Numbered from the stretch's first letter, positions 29,118 to 39,172 are shown. The stretch is DNA of 64,000 nt from Planctomycetota bacterium (GCA_965223845.1 CBDCXR010000004.1:3584001-3648000), one strand, 5' to 3'. Numbers and translations: made by a program. The notes: generated by a model not told the origin, from the sequence alone.

Positions 29118-31982
29118 TCAGCAAGCGGAATACGACTCGCACCCGAGGTGTCCGGGCGAGTCCTTCGGATCGGGGTCGGCGCCGCAGGGCCGATCCGGCG
29201 CACCCGGAGCAGCCGGTGGCCGGCCGTTCGAGAAGAGAAAGTAGAGCAACCCGACCGGGTCGTCGAGGGCGACTCGGCCGTCGTTGTCGAAGTCGGCCGT
29301 CTCGCGACAGCTCGGGATCTCGCCGCTCGAGAAGAGCCAGCCCAAAACGCGGATCGCATCCGTAATCGCCAGCCGCCCGTCGGCGTCCGCGTCGCCGCGG
29401 TGGAAGGTCCCGTCTTCGCAGGAATCGAGGATCCCGTTGCGATTGTGATCCACCTCGCCCGTCATCTCCGTGGAGTTCGAGAACTGAAAGAGCGTCGAAC
29501 CGAATCCGAGCCAGCCGATGTCGAAGTCGCAAGCCAGGCAGATCATCTGCGCTCCGACAACGAGATCGAGCTGACCGTCGCCGTCGATGTCGCCCGCGGC
29601 GATTCCCGCGGGCTCTTCGAACTCGCCGAATTCCGGGCCGCGCCGCGGAACGAAGCGTCCATCGCCACTGCTCGAAAAAAAACGGACGACCGCCGTCGAG
29701 TTTTGCCAATCAAACTCAGCGACGACAAGATCGTCGTCGCCATCGTCGTCGTAGTCCATTGCGGCCACAGGCCCGAAGCTCGGGACGGGAGCCGACGAAA
29801 TCTCCTTGAGGACGCCGTCCTCGAGCCCGACGAGCGTTCCGATACCGTCGGACCGGATCACCACGACCTCGTCTCCGCCGCCCGGTCGAAAGTCTCCGAC
29901 GACGAATCGGTCGCTCCGAGCGCCGAACTCGATGCTCCCGGCGATGAGCTCGAAGTCGCCGGCTCCGTTCCCTGCGAGCCAACGAGTCTCGCGATCTTCG
30001 GTGGTGACTAAGAGATCGAGAGTCCCATCGCCGTCGAGATCGACGAGCTCCACTTCGGCAAAGGGATTGCGACGCGAGAAGGGACCCGGAACGAGCTTGT
30101 CGCCATCATTCATGTCGACCCGGAGTCGTCTCTGCTCGTCGAACCGAAGGAAGTCGAGATCCCCGTCACCATCGAGATCACCGCTGGCGACGAATCGGCC
30201 CGTTTCGGATCCCTCCAGTGAGACGATCGATTCGAACACGCCACGATCGTTGACCGCCACTTCGATGACGGCTTCTTCGCGGAGCGACATCACGACGACA
30301 TCCAGGTCGCCGTCGCCGTCGAAATCCGCGATGCGGAGAGGGTCGCTGCGAGTCCACGCCGGCGAAAACTCCGCGTCAAACACGAGCCGCTCGCCGTCAC
30401 TGCGCGCCGTGCGAATCCGCCGCTGAGCGTCCGAGACCACCACGATGAAATCGTCTCGGCCATCGCCGTCCAAATCGTCGAACGCTCCGGCTTCGGCAAA
30501 GATGAACTCGCCGCCCTCCTGAAATCGATCGGCCTCGCCGAAGCGCGGTGTCGCCGCTTCATCGCATGCGTCGAGGGCGCCGTTTCCGTTACAGTCCGAT
30601 GCCGAGCCATCGGCGATTTCGCACGCGTCTGGAATCCCGTTTTCGTCGCAATCCGTGTCACACTCGTCGGGAACGGCGTTGAAATCGCAATCGCGGCTCG
30701 CTCCCGTGGCGAGGTCGCATTCATCCGGGACGCCGTTCTCGTTGCAGTCGTTCCCATCGAGTTCGCACTCGTCGGGCACGAGAGACTCGTTGCAGTCCGG
30801 ACTGAGCGCGCGTGAACCCGGGATGAGGTGGAGGATGTCGCCCGCGAGATCAATCGCCACCCAGCGCGGCGCGACGTCGCCGGGGTTCGAGATCGCCGCG
30901 AGTCCGGTGACGCCTGCGATCCTCGGGTGGTCGACCGGCGAGGCAAACGACCCGTCTCCGCGATTCCAGTAGGACGTGAGCGGAGCTCGACGCGAGCCTC
31001 CCACGAGAAGGTCGACATCGCCGTCCTCGTCCGCATCACCGGCGAGCATCATCGTCGTCCCCGGGGACGTCGGCATCGTGAGGCGATCGAAAAACTCTCC
31101 TTCACCCGAGTTGCGGAGGACGGCGATCTCCCGCTGGAGCGCCGCCGCGAGGTCCGGACGGCCGTCCGCGTCGAAGTCGTGCGCGAGGATTCGCTGCACG
31201 GATCCCGAGAAGTAGCTCCGAGGCGGAGCGAATCCGGCGGCTCCCTCGCTGAGGAGGATGCTCACCGATTCCTGGGAATTGCCGGTCGCGAGATCGAGCA
31301 AGCCGTCACCGTTGAAATCAGCCGCGGCGACGTCCACTGGACGTGCGCCGACGACGATCGTCTTCGCCTCGAACGATTCTTCGCCCTGGTTGTAAAACAC
31401 CCGAAGCAGCGACTGGTTGTCGACGACGGCGATGTCCGAGTCGCCGTCGCCATCGAAGTCGCCGGCTTCCACTGCGGCGACGACTACTTGCGAGACGCGC
31501 CGTTCGGTCCAAGTGCGAACGCCGGAGAGCCGAAAGAGCGCAATCCCTTCGCCACCGGCGACCACCTCGACGGAACCGTCGTTGTCGAAGTCGGCGACCG
31601 CGACCGCTCGCGGACTGATTTCCGTCGCCACCCAGTCGATGTCGAATCCTCTCGACGTGCCCCAAGCGAACTGAATCAGACCGCGACGGCAGACGCCGGC
31701 GAGATCGGCGTGACCGTCCCGATCGAGATCGGCCACCGCCACTTGATCCGTGCCGGAACAAGAGAGGTCACCGATATCGACGGGAGAGAACTCCAGATTC
31801 ACGGGCGCGATATCGCACTCGTCGGGAACGGAGTTCGCGTTGCAGTCGACGCTTCGCCCACTCGCGATATCGAGCACGTCGTCGATGCCGTTGCGATTGC
31901 AATCGAAGGCGGCGACGGACGTCGTCAAGAAAGCGAGCACGGCGGCGAGCGCGACGCGGCCGCGACGAACGATCTCGTGCAT
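29118..31982 (-). CDS. Secreted FG-GAP/VCBS-repeat protein with Cys-Asp repeats and C-terminal dockerin-like domain
   Basis: Signal peptide from ATG 31982; many D(F/L)DGDGxxD repeats; DCNxNGxPDxC repeats; C-terminal FHRGDAD...WLF. Confidence 0.85.
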   Translation of the reverse strand: MHEIVRRGRVALAAVLAFLTTSVAAFDCNRNGIDDVLDIASGRSVDCNANSVPDECDIAPVNLEFSPVDIGDLSCSGTDQVAVADLDRDGHADLAGVCRRGLIQFAWGTSRGFDIDWVATEISPRAVAVADFDNDGSVEVVAGGEGIALFRLSGVRTWTERRVSQVVVAAVEAGDFDGDGDSDIAVVDNQSLLRVFYNQGEESFEAKTIVVGARPVDVAAADFNGDGLLDLATGNSQESVSILLSEGAAGFAPPRSYFSGSVQRILAHDFDADGRPDLAAALQREIAVLRNSGEGEFFDRLTMPTSPGTTMMLAGDADEDGDVDLLVGGSRRAPLTSYWNRGDGSFASPVDHPRIAGVTGLAAISNPGDVAPRWVAIDLAGDILHLIPGSRALSPDCNESLVPDECELDGNDCNENGVPDECDLATGASRDCDFNAVPDECDTDCDENGIPDACEIADGSASDCNGNGALDACDEAATPRFGEADRFQEGGEFIFAEAGAFDDLDGDGRDDFIVVVSDAQRRIRTARSDGERLVFDAEFSPAWTRSDPLRIADFDGDGDLDVVVMSLREEAVIEVAVNDRGVFESIVSLEGSETGRFVASGDLDGDGDLDFLRFDEQRRLRVDMNDGDKLVPGPFSRRNPFAEVELVDLDGDGTLDLLVTTEDRETRWLAGNGAGDFELIAGSIEFGARSDRFVVGDFRPGGGDEVVVIRSDGIGTLVGLEDGVLKEISSAPVPSFGPVAAMDYDDDGDDDLVVAEFDWQNSTAVVRFFSSSGDGRFVPRRGPEFGEFEEPAGIAAGDIDGDGQLDLVVGAQMICLACDFDIGWLGFGSTLFQFSNSTEMTGEVDHNRNGILDSCEDGTFHRGDADADGRLAITDAIRVLGWLFSSGEIPSCRETADFDNDGRVALDDPVGLLYFLFSNGRPPAAPGAPDRPCGADPDPKDSPGHLGCESYSAC

Positions 31983-32225
31983 GTTTCTCCCTCCCTCACG
32001 ATCGATCGAAAAGCCCCCCCCATCAAAGGGGGATCGACGCCGGCGAACAACGGAGAAAGTCCGACTCGGAGGCGTCTGCCGGCAGCAACAACGTGTACCG
32101 TGCCCGCCCAACACTTCCGATAGTCGGGGCCGACGGCACGGCCGAGCCTCGACAGCTCCAGTGTCGCCCGTCACGCGGGCCGCGAAAAGAGCGGTTCCGA
32201 GAATCCGGGAATCGGAGCCTCGGGT

Positions 32226-32792
32226 CTATTCGGAGTGGACACTCCGAGCGCGGCGGAGGAAGGCGCGCAGCTCGGCGTCGCTGCCGTACGTCTCCTCGGC
32301 CTTCTCCCACACGACGATCGCAGCGTCGATCTCTCCCCTCCCGTAGATCTCCAGGCCGAGCGTCTTCAGGACGGCCGCCGCCCGCTGAACACCTCCACCC
32401 GCGTCGTCCGGCTCGTCGAGTTCGGCGATGAGCGCGTCGAGGCCCTCGACCTCGAATACCTTCCGCGCCCGCGCGAGCGTGGCTTCGTCCGGCCGCGCCT
32501 CCTCGATCACCGCAGCGGCAACTCGCGGCGGTGACGGCGGAGCGGCCCCGAGGAGCCGGCGGCTGAGCAATTCCCGCAGCACCGCGCCGGCCGGATGCGC
32601 ACGCGGAATCGACGCGAGCGCGCTTTCGGCCTCAGCGAGCGAGTCCGCCTCGATGAGATCGAGCACGCGCTCCGCCGATGCGAGCACACTCGCGTCTTCG
32701 GGACGGAGCGCACTCCGCGTCCCGGGAAGCGCAGAGCGCCGCGGGACCGCACACGATGCGAGGAGCAGACAGAGGAGCAGAGTTCGGATCAT
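32226..32792 (-). CDS. Hypothetical lipoprotein with TPR-like helices
   Basis: MIRTLLLCLLLASC lipobox; GLEIYGRGEIDAAIVVWEKA is TPR-like. Confidence 0.65.
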   Translation of the reverse strand: MIRTLLLCLLLASCAVPRRSALPGTRSALRPEDASVLASAERVLDLIEADSLAEAESALASIPRAHPAGAVLRELLSRRLLGAAPPSPPRVAAAVIEEARPDEATLARARKVFEVEGLDALIAELDEPDDAGGGVQRAAAVLKTLGLEIYGRGEIDAAIVVWEKAEETYGSDAELRAFLRRARSVHSE

Positions 32793-33030
32793 GAATGGTC
32801 GAGGGGCGATCGTTTCGGCAGATCCGTCCCGGGCCGATAACGGCGATTTGACGGAACACTCGCGCACGCGAGCTCATGGTTCGATATCGGCAGGTTGAGG
32901 GGCCGCCCTTCGCCCCCTCCGATCGGCCGAATAACGCCGAGCGGGGTATTCTTCTTCCGTGTTTCGGTCTCTCGGTGACCCGCATGAAATGCGAGTCGAC
33001 ATCGATCTTTTCGGAAACCGCACTGGGACG

Positions 33031-34470
33031 ATGGGATCTCTCGCTGAACGGATGCGCAGCCTCGGAAGAGCGCTGTGGGAACGCGGGACGGCGTTTGCTC
33101 GGCACCGGAGTGAACCGCAGTCCGACTCCCCTCGGGCGAGCGCCGACGACGCTCGCGAGCGGAGCGGAGTCCGCGCCTTCACTCGCCTTCCGCGAATTCG
33201 CACGATCAAGTATCGCCTCACGCTCCTCTGCGCCGCGATGTCGCTCGTCATCATCGTCGCGACGTTTTGGATGCTGACCCGCACGGCCGACGCGGTCGCG
33301 CGGGACGAAGCCCTCCGCCGTGCGGACGAGCTCACCAGTTACTTCGCCGACTCTATCGCGGAGGCGGTCGCCGCCAACGACCGGCTCCAAGTTCACGTGC
33401 AGGCCGAGGCCCTCGCGCGCGCCGGCGTCTCCAGCGTCCGAGTCGAGAATCAATCCGGGGACGAGCTCTACCCGGCCGCCGCTGCGGCGTCGCGCGATGT
33501 CCGACTGCGCGAGCCCGATCGCGAGTCGGGTTGGTTCGTCGTCACCAAGCCGGTACGCTTCGGCGGTCGCCAGCGCGGTACCGTGAGTGCGCGCTTCAAT
33601 CGTGGCGCTCTCGAGACGCGCGTTCACGAGTCGAACGAGTTCGTCTATCCGATTCTCGCGCTCGGGCTTCTCTCGACGGTCCTCCTCGGCTTCGCCGCTC
33701 TTCACAGCCCGTTCCACGCGCTCCGCCGCCTGGCGAACGTCGCGGAGCGGATCGGCGACGGCGATCTCTCCACCCGTGTGCCGGTCGAGGGTCGCGATGA
33801 GATGGCGGCATTCTGTCAGAGCTTCAATCGCATGGTGAAGCGGCTCGCCGAAGCGCGTCTCGAAAACGCGCGGAGCCATCTTCGTGCCATCGAGGCGATG
33901 ATCCGAACGGTCGAGGCGAAGGACGCCTACACCCAGGGGCACTGCGTGCGCGTTCGGGATTACTCCTCGAGGATCCTCGACGCCCTGCCGAGCTTCCCGT
34001 CCGAGAAGCGGTTTCAAATCGAGACCGCGGCGCTCCTCCACGACATCGGCAAGATCGGAGTGCCGGATCGAGTGCTCCTCAAGCGCGGGAAGCTCACCGC
34101 CGAGGAGATCGAGATCATTCAGCGCCACGTCACGATCGGCGAGGACATCGTCCTTCACCTCGAGTCGATGCGCGAGGTCGCCAACTGGGTGAGGCACCAC
34201 CACGAACGATGGGACGGCGCGGGCTACCCCGACCGCCTCGAGGGCAAAGCGATTCCTCTCGCGAGCCGGGTCATCGCCGTCGCCGACTGCATCGACGCGA
34301 TGCTGACGAACCGCCCGTACCGCACTCCTCGAAGTCTCGACGATGTGATCGGCGTCCTCGCGCGGGAGAGAGGACGGCAGTTCGACCCGGAAGTCGTGGA
34401 CGCGGCGTTGAAGGCGCTCGGTGCGAGCTCGAACTCGGCCGGTCAGCGCGTCGATCCCTCCGCGCCGTGA
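33031..34470 (+). CDS. Membrane HAMP + HD-GYP cyclic-dinucleotide phosphodiesterase (start uncertain; ORF from 32959)
   Basis: Two TM segments, HAMP (GDLSTRV...DEM...FNRM), YTQGHC, HDIGK, HHERWDGAGYP, RPYR. Confidence 0.9.
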   Translation: MGSLAERMRSLGRALWERGTAFARHRSEPQSDSPRASADDARERSGVRAFTRLPRIRTIKYRLTLLCAAMSLVIIVATFWMLTRTADAVARDEALRRADELTSYFADSIAEAVAANDRLQVHVQAEALARAGVSSVRVENQSGDELYPAAAAASRDVRLREPDRESGWFVVTKPVRFGGRQRGTVSARFNRGALETRVHESNEFVYPILALGLLSTVLLGFAALHSPFHALRRLANVAERIGDGDLSTRVPVEGRDEMAAFCQSFNRMVKRLAEARLENARSHLRAIEAMIRTVEAKDAYTQGHCVRVRDYSSRILDALPSFPSEKRFQIETAALLHDIGKIGVPDRVLLKRGKLTAEEIEIIQRHVTIGEDIVLHLESMREVANWVRHHHERWDGAGYPDRLEGKAIPLASRVIAVADCIDAMLTNRPYRTPRSLDDVIGVLARERGRQFDPEVVDAALKALGASSNSAGQRVDPSAP

Positions 34471-34513
34471 GGCGAGTCTCGGTCTTTGAACCGTTCGACC
34501 CGGGTCCCGCTAG

Positions 34514-37500
34514 CTAAAAGCACCCGAGCGAATCCGGCGTCGGATCGCCGCCCGGCAGAGGATATGGCGCCGGGATCGGGTCACCGTCGGCGAAGAGAAA
34601 GTTCAACGTGAAGATCGCGTCGTTGATCGCCATTCGCCCGTCGTCATCACTGTCGGCCGCGTCCGGGCACAGCGGTGGTTCCCCGTCGACAAACAGATAC
34701 TGGAGGAGGTAGACCGCGTCGGCGAGATTGACATTGAAGTCGGCATCGGTGTCGCCGCGCAGAAAGAGCGAGGAAAGTCCCGGGCTTCCTCCGACGGAGA
34801 CCTTCCACGCGCGCGGGTCGTCATTGTCGACCGAGGCGTTGATCTGTCCGAGCGAGAGGCTCGATCCCGGGCGCAAATCCGGCCACGCACCGCTCGAGTC
34901 GTACTCGACGCGGTCGATCGTAGCGCGGTACCCGGCGCCGGCATCGAGGAGCCGGAGTTCTTCTCCTTCATTCGCGAGTCGGCCGTCGTAAGGGCCGAAG
35001 AGGAGCTCCGGCGGGACGCCCCCGAGCGCCGCCGTCAAGTCGTCCGGAGAGCGCGCGACGACAACCACCCCTCCGTCCGGAATCACGGTACCGTCGTCGA
35101 AGGTGAACCCCACTCCGTCGATCGACCACCCACCGATGTCGATCTCGCGCCCGAAGACGTTGACGAGTTCCAAGAACTCGAGATCGGAGTCTCCGCCGGC
35201 CGGGAGGTACATGAGCTCGGTGAATATGAGCCGACCCGTTCTCAATACATCGGGGTACTCGTCCGAGATCGTCTGGCGGAGGAACCGAGCGTGGAGATCG
35301 ACCTGCTCGATCGCGATATCGATGTTGCTCAGCATGTCTGCGGGATACCCCTCCACGTTCGAGGGATACCGCCCCCACCGATCGAAATCCTCCGCTTGCT
35401 CGTCCACGAGCCACTCGGCGAGCTCGCCCATACGGACGAGATACGCACTCGCGCGGAACTTCTCCTCGAGTATGTTCCAGAGTCGCACGAGATACGAACG
35501 CTGGTAGTGGCCATCCCCGGCGCGAAAGAAGAGGTCGAGGAGCCAGTTCGACCGATTGTTCGAACCGATCGACGTGAAGTAGAAGGGCCCCATCTGTGCG
35601 AGTGGGCCTAGATCACCGGCGAGAATGTCGTTGAGCGTTCCGACGGGGCGGCCGGGTCCGACGGCCTGGAACGTGAAGAACTTCCCCATCACGAGGTCGA
35701 GATCCCACGGGAGGAATCCCCACCGGTCCGCGCCGAGGTCGTGATAGAGAAAGTGATTCTTCAGCGAGGCGTCGAAGTTGTTGAGCACCACCTGCGTGAG
35801 TTGGAATCCGATGATCTGCTCGGGCAGAGAGCTCGTCTCCCAAAACTCGAGCGTCGGGCCCTCCGGCGTGCTCGCGTCATCGTGCATCGCGGTGACAAAC
35901 TCCTCGATGTCGGAATAGTCGCTCCCCTCGTTCGTCTCTTCTTCCCAGCGTTCAGAGAATCCGCCGGGCGGAAGCCGCGGAACGCCGGGAATGTCCCCGG
36001 TGTCCGGTTGCTTCGCCTTGTAGAGGCTCCCGCGCGAGTCGAGCCCGGTGCGATCGAGGTACTCTTCGTCGGGATGCTCGAGCGAAAGGAACAGGCCGTA
36101 GTAGCTCCCGCTCACGTTCAGCCGGATGTACTCCGTCGCGACGGCCGGAAGACCGATCTGGTCGACGAACTCCCACGCGAGAAACTCGCGGACGAGCGCC
36201 TTGTCCGTCCAGAGTCCGTTTAGGTTGAGCTTTCTTCGTCCGTCGAAGCGGTAGGCCTTGTTGAAACGGATCTTGAAGTTTCGCTTGAGCACCCGGCACG
36301 CAGTGTTGCCCCGCCAACGCACGCCGACGTCCGGATAGAGTTCCCCGCGGTACGCAAACGAGCCGCGCTTGAGGACCGCGCAGTCGAGATGGTCGTTCAC
36401 CGATTCGGCGTTCGATCCGTCGATCCCTTCGAGAAGGACATGGTAGGCGGGAAGACCACTCGCTAGATCCGTCTCACTCGGATCGAAGACGTAGTAGCCG
36501 CGAAGCTCGCGCGAATCCGGCGCGCCCCCGTCGAGAAGCGGCGGGTAGTCCCGCGATCCAAACGCGTTCGTCGCTTCGATCCACCAGCGCACCTGCGTTC
36601 CGTGCGGAAAGGCCGGAAGCATCGCTCCGTAAACACCGTCGCCCGCGCCCCCGTCGCGGTGACGCCCGTCGTCCGCCATGGCGACCGGAGTGAAGTCACC
36701 GCTCTCGCCCGAGGCGAACCGCAGGACGACGTCGTCCGCTTCCCCGCGCACGTGCGCACTGATCCACGTCTCGTCGGCGCTCGTCGGCTCGAGGGGGAAT
36801 CGACCGACGTGATCGACAAACGGCGCGAGACCCGCCGCGCTCACCGTGTTCGATCGACCGGGCGAAATGATTTGCTCTGTCGCGACCGCCGTGACTCCGA
36901 GATGGATTCCGGCGGAGAAACGAAAGCTCCCCGAGACCGGTTTGACCGCGACCGAGATTCGATACCGGACTTCGTCTCGCAGCGCGGCGAGCGGACTGGT
37001 CGACATTCCATTCCCGGTCCCGCACTCTCCGAGGGGACACGGACCGCTGCTCACGAGACGGATCGCCCCGGTTCCGCCGACGCCGGCCGTTTCGTCCCAC
37101 GTCGAATCCGCCGCGTTCCCCCTCGTTGTCCAGGTGCTTCTGCCGCTGTCGAAGTCGGGATTGAAGAGAAGATTGGGGCCGATCTCCACGCCATCTTCGT
37201 CGAGTTCGCGAAACACGATGTCATCGACGATCACTTCGCCCACCCCGTCCAGGGAGAGGACGAAAGTCTGCGCGAGCCCGGTACTGCGGAACCCTTCGGC
37301 AACGATCGTCCGAAACTCGCCGGGAACGACGCGACTCGAACGCCAGTTGGCGGGATCCTCGCTCGGGAGATCCACGTGGACTCGCTCGAGACTCCGCCGC
37401 TCGCCGTCGGCCGCGTACGGCCAATCACCGAAATCGTCGTAGCGGACACTGTCGACGCGGTTCCCGTCGGCGTCGACGAGCGTGACGCGCTCCCCGCCGT

Positions 37501-38563
37501 TCGACAAACGACCCTCGTACTCGCCAACGAAAGTCGCCTCGCTCACATCGGGATGCGCGCGGAGCGCCCCGGCGTCGCGAGTCAGGACGGCATGATCGCC
37601 GGGCGCGAGCACGAGTCCGTCGGGGAATGTGTAGTCGACTCCCGTCGAGATCGACCATCCCGAGACGTCGACCGGCGCGTCCAGACGATTGTGGAGCTCC
37701 AGAAACTCCTCCGCTTCGCCGTCGTCCCCGACTGGCAGAATCACGCCCTCTGCGCGCGGCGGGTGGTAGTGGATCTCGGTGAAGACGACCGCGCCGAGAG
37801 ACGGCTCCGGCGGCGGACATTGCGGCGCGGGCCCCGGAGCGAGGGGGCTAGGAGCCGCGCCGACCCAGCTCCCGGAGAGCATCCCATCGGATTCGAGACA
37901 CACGCGGTGGAGAGCGTCCCCGTCACCGTCCGCCGACGCCGGCCAAGGCGCCTCGTCGTCGTAGAGCACTCGATCGACGTACGCGTGATTCGCATCGACG
38001 AGAACGACGCTCTCGCGCCCGTTGTCGAGAAAACCGGCGAAGTCTCCGTAGACACGCCGCGAATCGATGGCGAACGCGTCGAGAAGTGCATCGCGATCCG
38101 CCGCGACGATGAGCGATCCGCCGGCGGGGACCATCGCCCCGTCCGGAAAGCGAAACCGAACGCCCCCGGTGAGCTCGAATCCCGACACGTCGACCGCGAG
38201 CGGTCCCGACTCGGTGAGCTCGATGTACTCGACCGATCGCCCCTCGGCGCGCGTCGGATGATAGTAGACCTCGGTGATCGTGAGAGCGCGCAAACTCGGC
38301 GTCGCTCCGACCGTGAACGCGAAGCAAAGCGCGAACCAAACGAGGACATCGGTCGAGCGCGCGAAGGGGTTCGAACTCGGCGGTGACTCAGATGGCGCGA
38401 CGGGGTCGTCGAGGACGATTCCGGTGACGGAGGCGGTGCTGGCGGCCACCGTGGACTGGTCGAGACGGTCTTCGCGTCCTTCGAACGATCGGGATCGCCG
38501 AACTCGAACTGAGTTCACGGAAGCCTCCTCCGAAACACCCGAAAAAGTGACGGACTCCCCCAC
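34514..38563 (-). CDS. Secreted lamin-tail-domain / CotH-kinase protein with C-terminal dockerin-like domain (start uncertain)
   Basis: Three LTD-like units (ITEVYYHP, FTEIHYHP, FTELMY); DDGRHRDGGAGDGVYG; CotH motifs RWRGNTA, FKIRF, REFLA, KNHFLY, PWDLD; C-terminal FLRGD. Confidence 0.85.
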   Translation of the reverse strand: MGESVTFSGVSEEASVNSVRVRRSRSFEGREDRLDQSTVAASTASVTGIVLDDPVAPSESPPSSNPFARSTDVLVWFALCFAFTVGATPSLRALTITEVYYHPTRAEGRSVEYIELTESGPLAVDVSGFELTGGVRFRFPDGAMVPAGGSLIVAADRDALLDAFAIDSRRVYGDFAGFLDNGRESVVLVDANHAYVDRVLYDDEAPWPASADGDGDALHRVCLESDGMLSGSWVGAAPSPLAPGPAPQCPPPEPSLGAVVFTEIHYHPPRAEGVILPVGDDGEAEEFLELHNRLDAPVDVSGWSISTGVDYTFPDGLVLAPGDHAVLTRDAGALRAHPDVSEATFVGEYEGRLSNGGERVTLVDADGNRVDSVRYDDFGDWPYAADGERRSLERVHVDLPSEDPANWRSSRVVPGEFRTIVAEGFRSTGLAQTFVLSLDGVGEVIVDDIVFRELDEDGVEIGPNLLFNPDFDSGRSTWTTRGNAADSTWDETAGVGGTGAIRLVSSGPCPLGECGTGNGMSTSPLAALRDEVRYRISVAVKPVSGSFRFSAGIHLGVTAVATEQIISPGRSNTVSAAGLAPFVDHVGRFPLEPTSADETWISAHVRGEADDVVLRFASGESGDFTPVAMADDGRHRDGGAGDGVYGAMLPAFPHGTQVRWWIEATNAFGSRDYPPLLDGGAPDSRELRGYYVFDPSETDLASGLPAYHVLLEGIDGSNAESVNDHLDCAVLKRGSFAYRGELYPDVGVRWRGNTACRVLKRNFKIRFNKAYRFDGRRKLNLNGLWTDKALVREFLAWEFVDQIGLPAVATEYIRLNVSGSYYGLFLSLEHPDEEYLDRTGLDSRGSLYKAKQPDTGDIPGVPRLPPGGFSERWEEETNEGSDYSDIEEFVTAMHDDASTPEGPTLEFWETSSLPEQIIGFQLTQVVLNNFDASLKNHFLYHDLGADRWGFLPWDLDLVMGKFFTFQAVGPGRPVGTLNDILAGDLGPLAQMGPFYFTSIGSNNRSNWLLDLFFRAGDGHYQRSYLVRLWNILEEKFRASAYLVRMGELAEWLVDEQAEDFDRWGRYPSNVEGYPADMLSNIDIAIEQVDLHARFLRQTISDEYPDVLRTGRLIFTELMYLPAGGDSDLEFLELVNVFGREIDIGGWSIDGVGFTFDDGTVIPDGGVVVVARSPDDLTAALGGVPPELLFGPYDGRLANEGEELRLLDAGAGYRATIDRVEYDSSGAWPDLRPGSSLSLGQINASVDNDDPRAWKVSVGGSPGLSSLFLRGDTDADFNVNLADAVYLLQYLFVDGEPPLCPDAADSDDDGRMAINDAIFTLNFLFADGDPIPAPYPLPGGDPTPDSLGCF

Positions 38564-38768
38564 GGGCGAGGCACCGTGAAACGCGTGCGACGACCGACTC
38601 GCGCCATCTTATACCTGGCACCGAGCCGCCGCTACGAACACATCCCGGATCCGAGCCGACGCCTCGAACGCGAATGCGAGGCGTCGAAATAGGAGCAGAG
38701 AGGCCCGCGCAAGTGGAGAAGAGAGCGAGACTCCTACCGGAGCTCTCTCAACTAGAGGAGCGCGACGC

Positions 38769-39071
38769 TCAGGCGCTAACGGCGCAGGCGCGGCGTTCGC
38801 GCGACCTGGCCGCAGCGCGAACGTGATAGAGGACTTCGTCGACGTCGGGGACGCGAGACGTCGCCCGCTTCGAGTAAATCAGCCGGCCGTCGACGCGAAC
38901 TTCAAACACCCCACCGCGAGACGGGCGGAGCCGCTCGACGACGCTCGACTCGCTGCGCGCGGCGCTCGCGATGCTCTCGGCGTGCCCGCGGAGGTGACCG
39001 AACTCGCAGTACTCGATCTCGAGACGCACGGGCTCGAAGGGGCCGTCGCTCTCGTTCCAGTCGTCGTTCAT
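38769..39071 (-). CDS. Rdx (SelW/SelT/SelH-like) family protein
   Basis: IEYC...GGVFEVRVDGRLIYSK...P; ATG at 39071. Confidence 0.8.
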   Translation of the reverse strand: MNDDWNESDGPFEPVRLEIEYCEFGHLRGHAESIASAARSESSVVERLRPSRGGVFEVRVDGRLIYSKRATSRVPDVDEVLYHVRAAARSRERRACAVSA

Positions 39072-39172
39072 CGCAAAAGCGCCCGTTCGAGTCGGTCGTG
39101 AGGAGAGAGTTTCAAGCCGGGGCGATCGAATCATAAATCGTGCTCGTGTCGGTGTTTCTTGCGTTGCCGGAA

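Noticed and set aside
38657-38686. 10-bp hairpin downstream of the Rdx gene as a SECIS element
   Set aside because: The gene has no in-frame UGA, and bacterial SECIS elements lie directly after the UGA; more likely a transcript-end hairpin.
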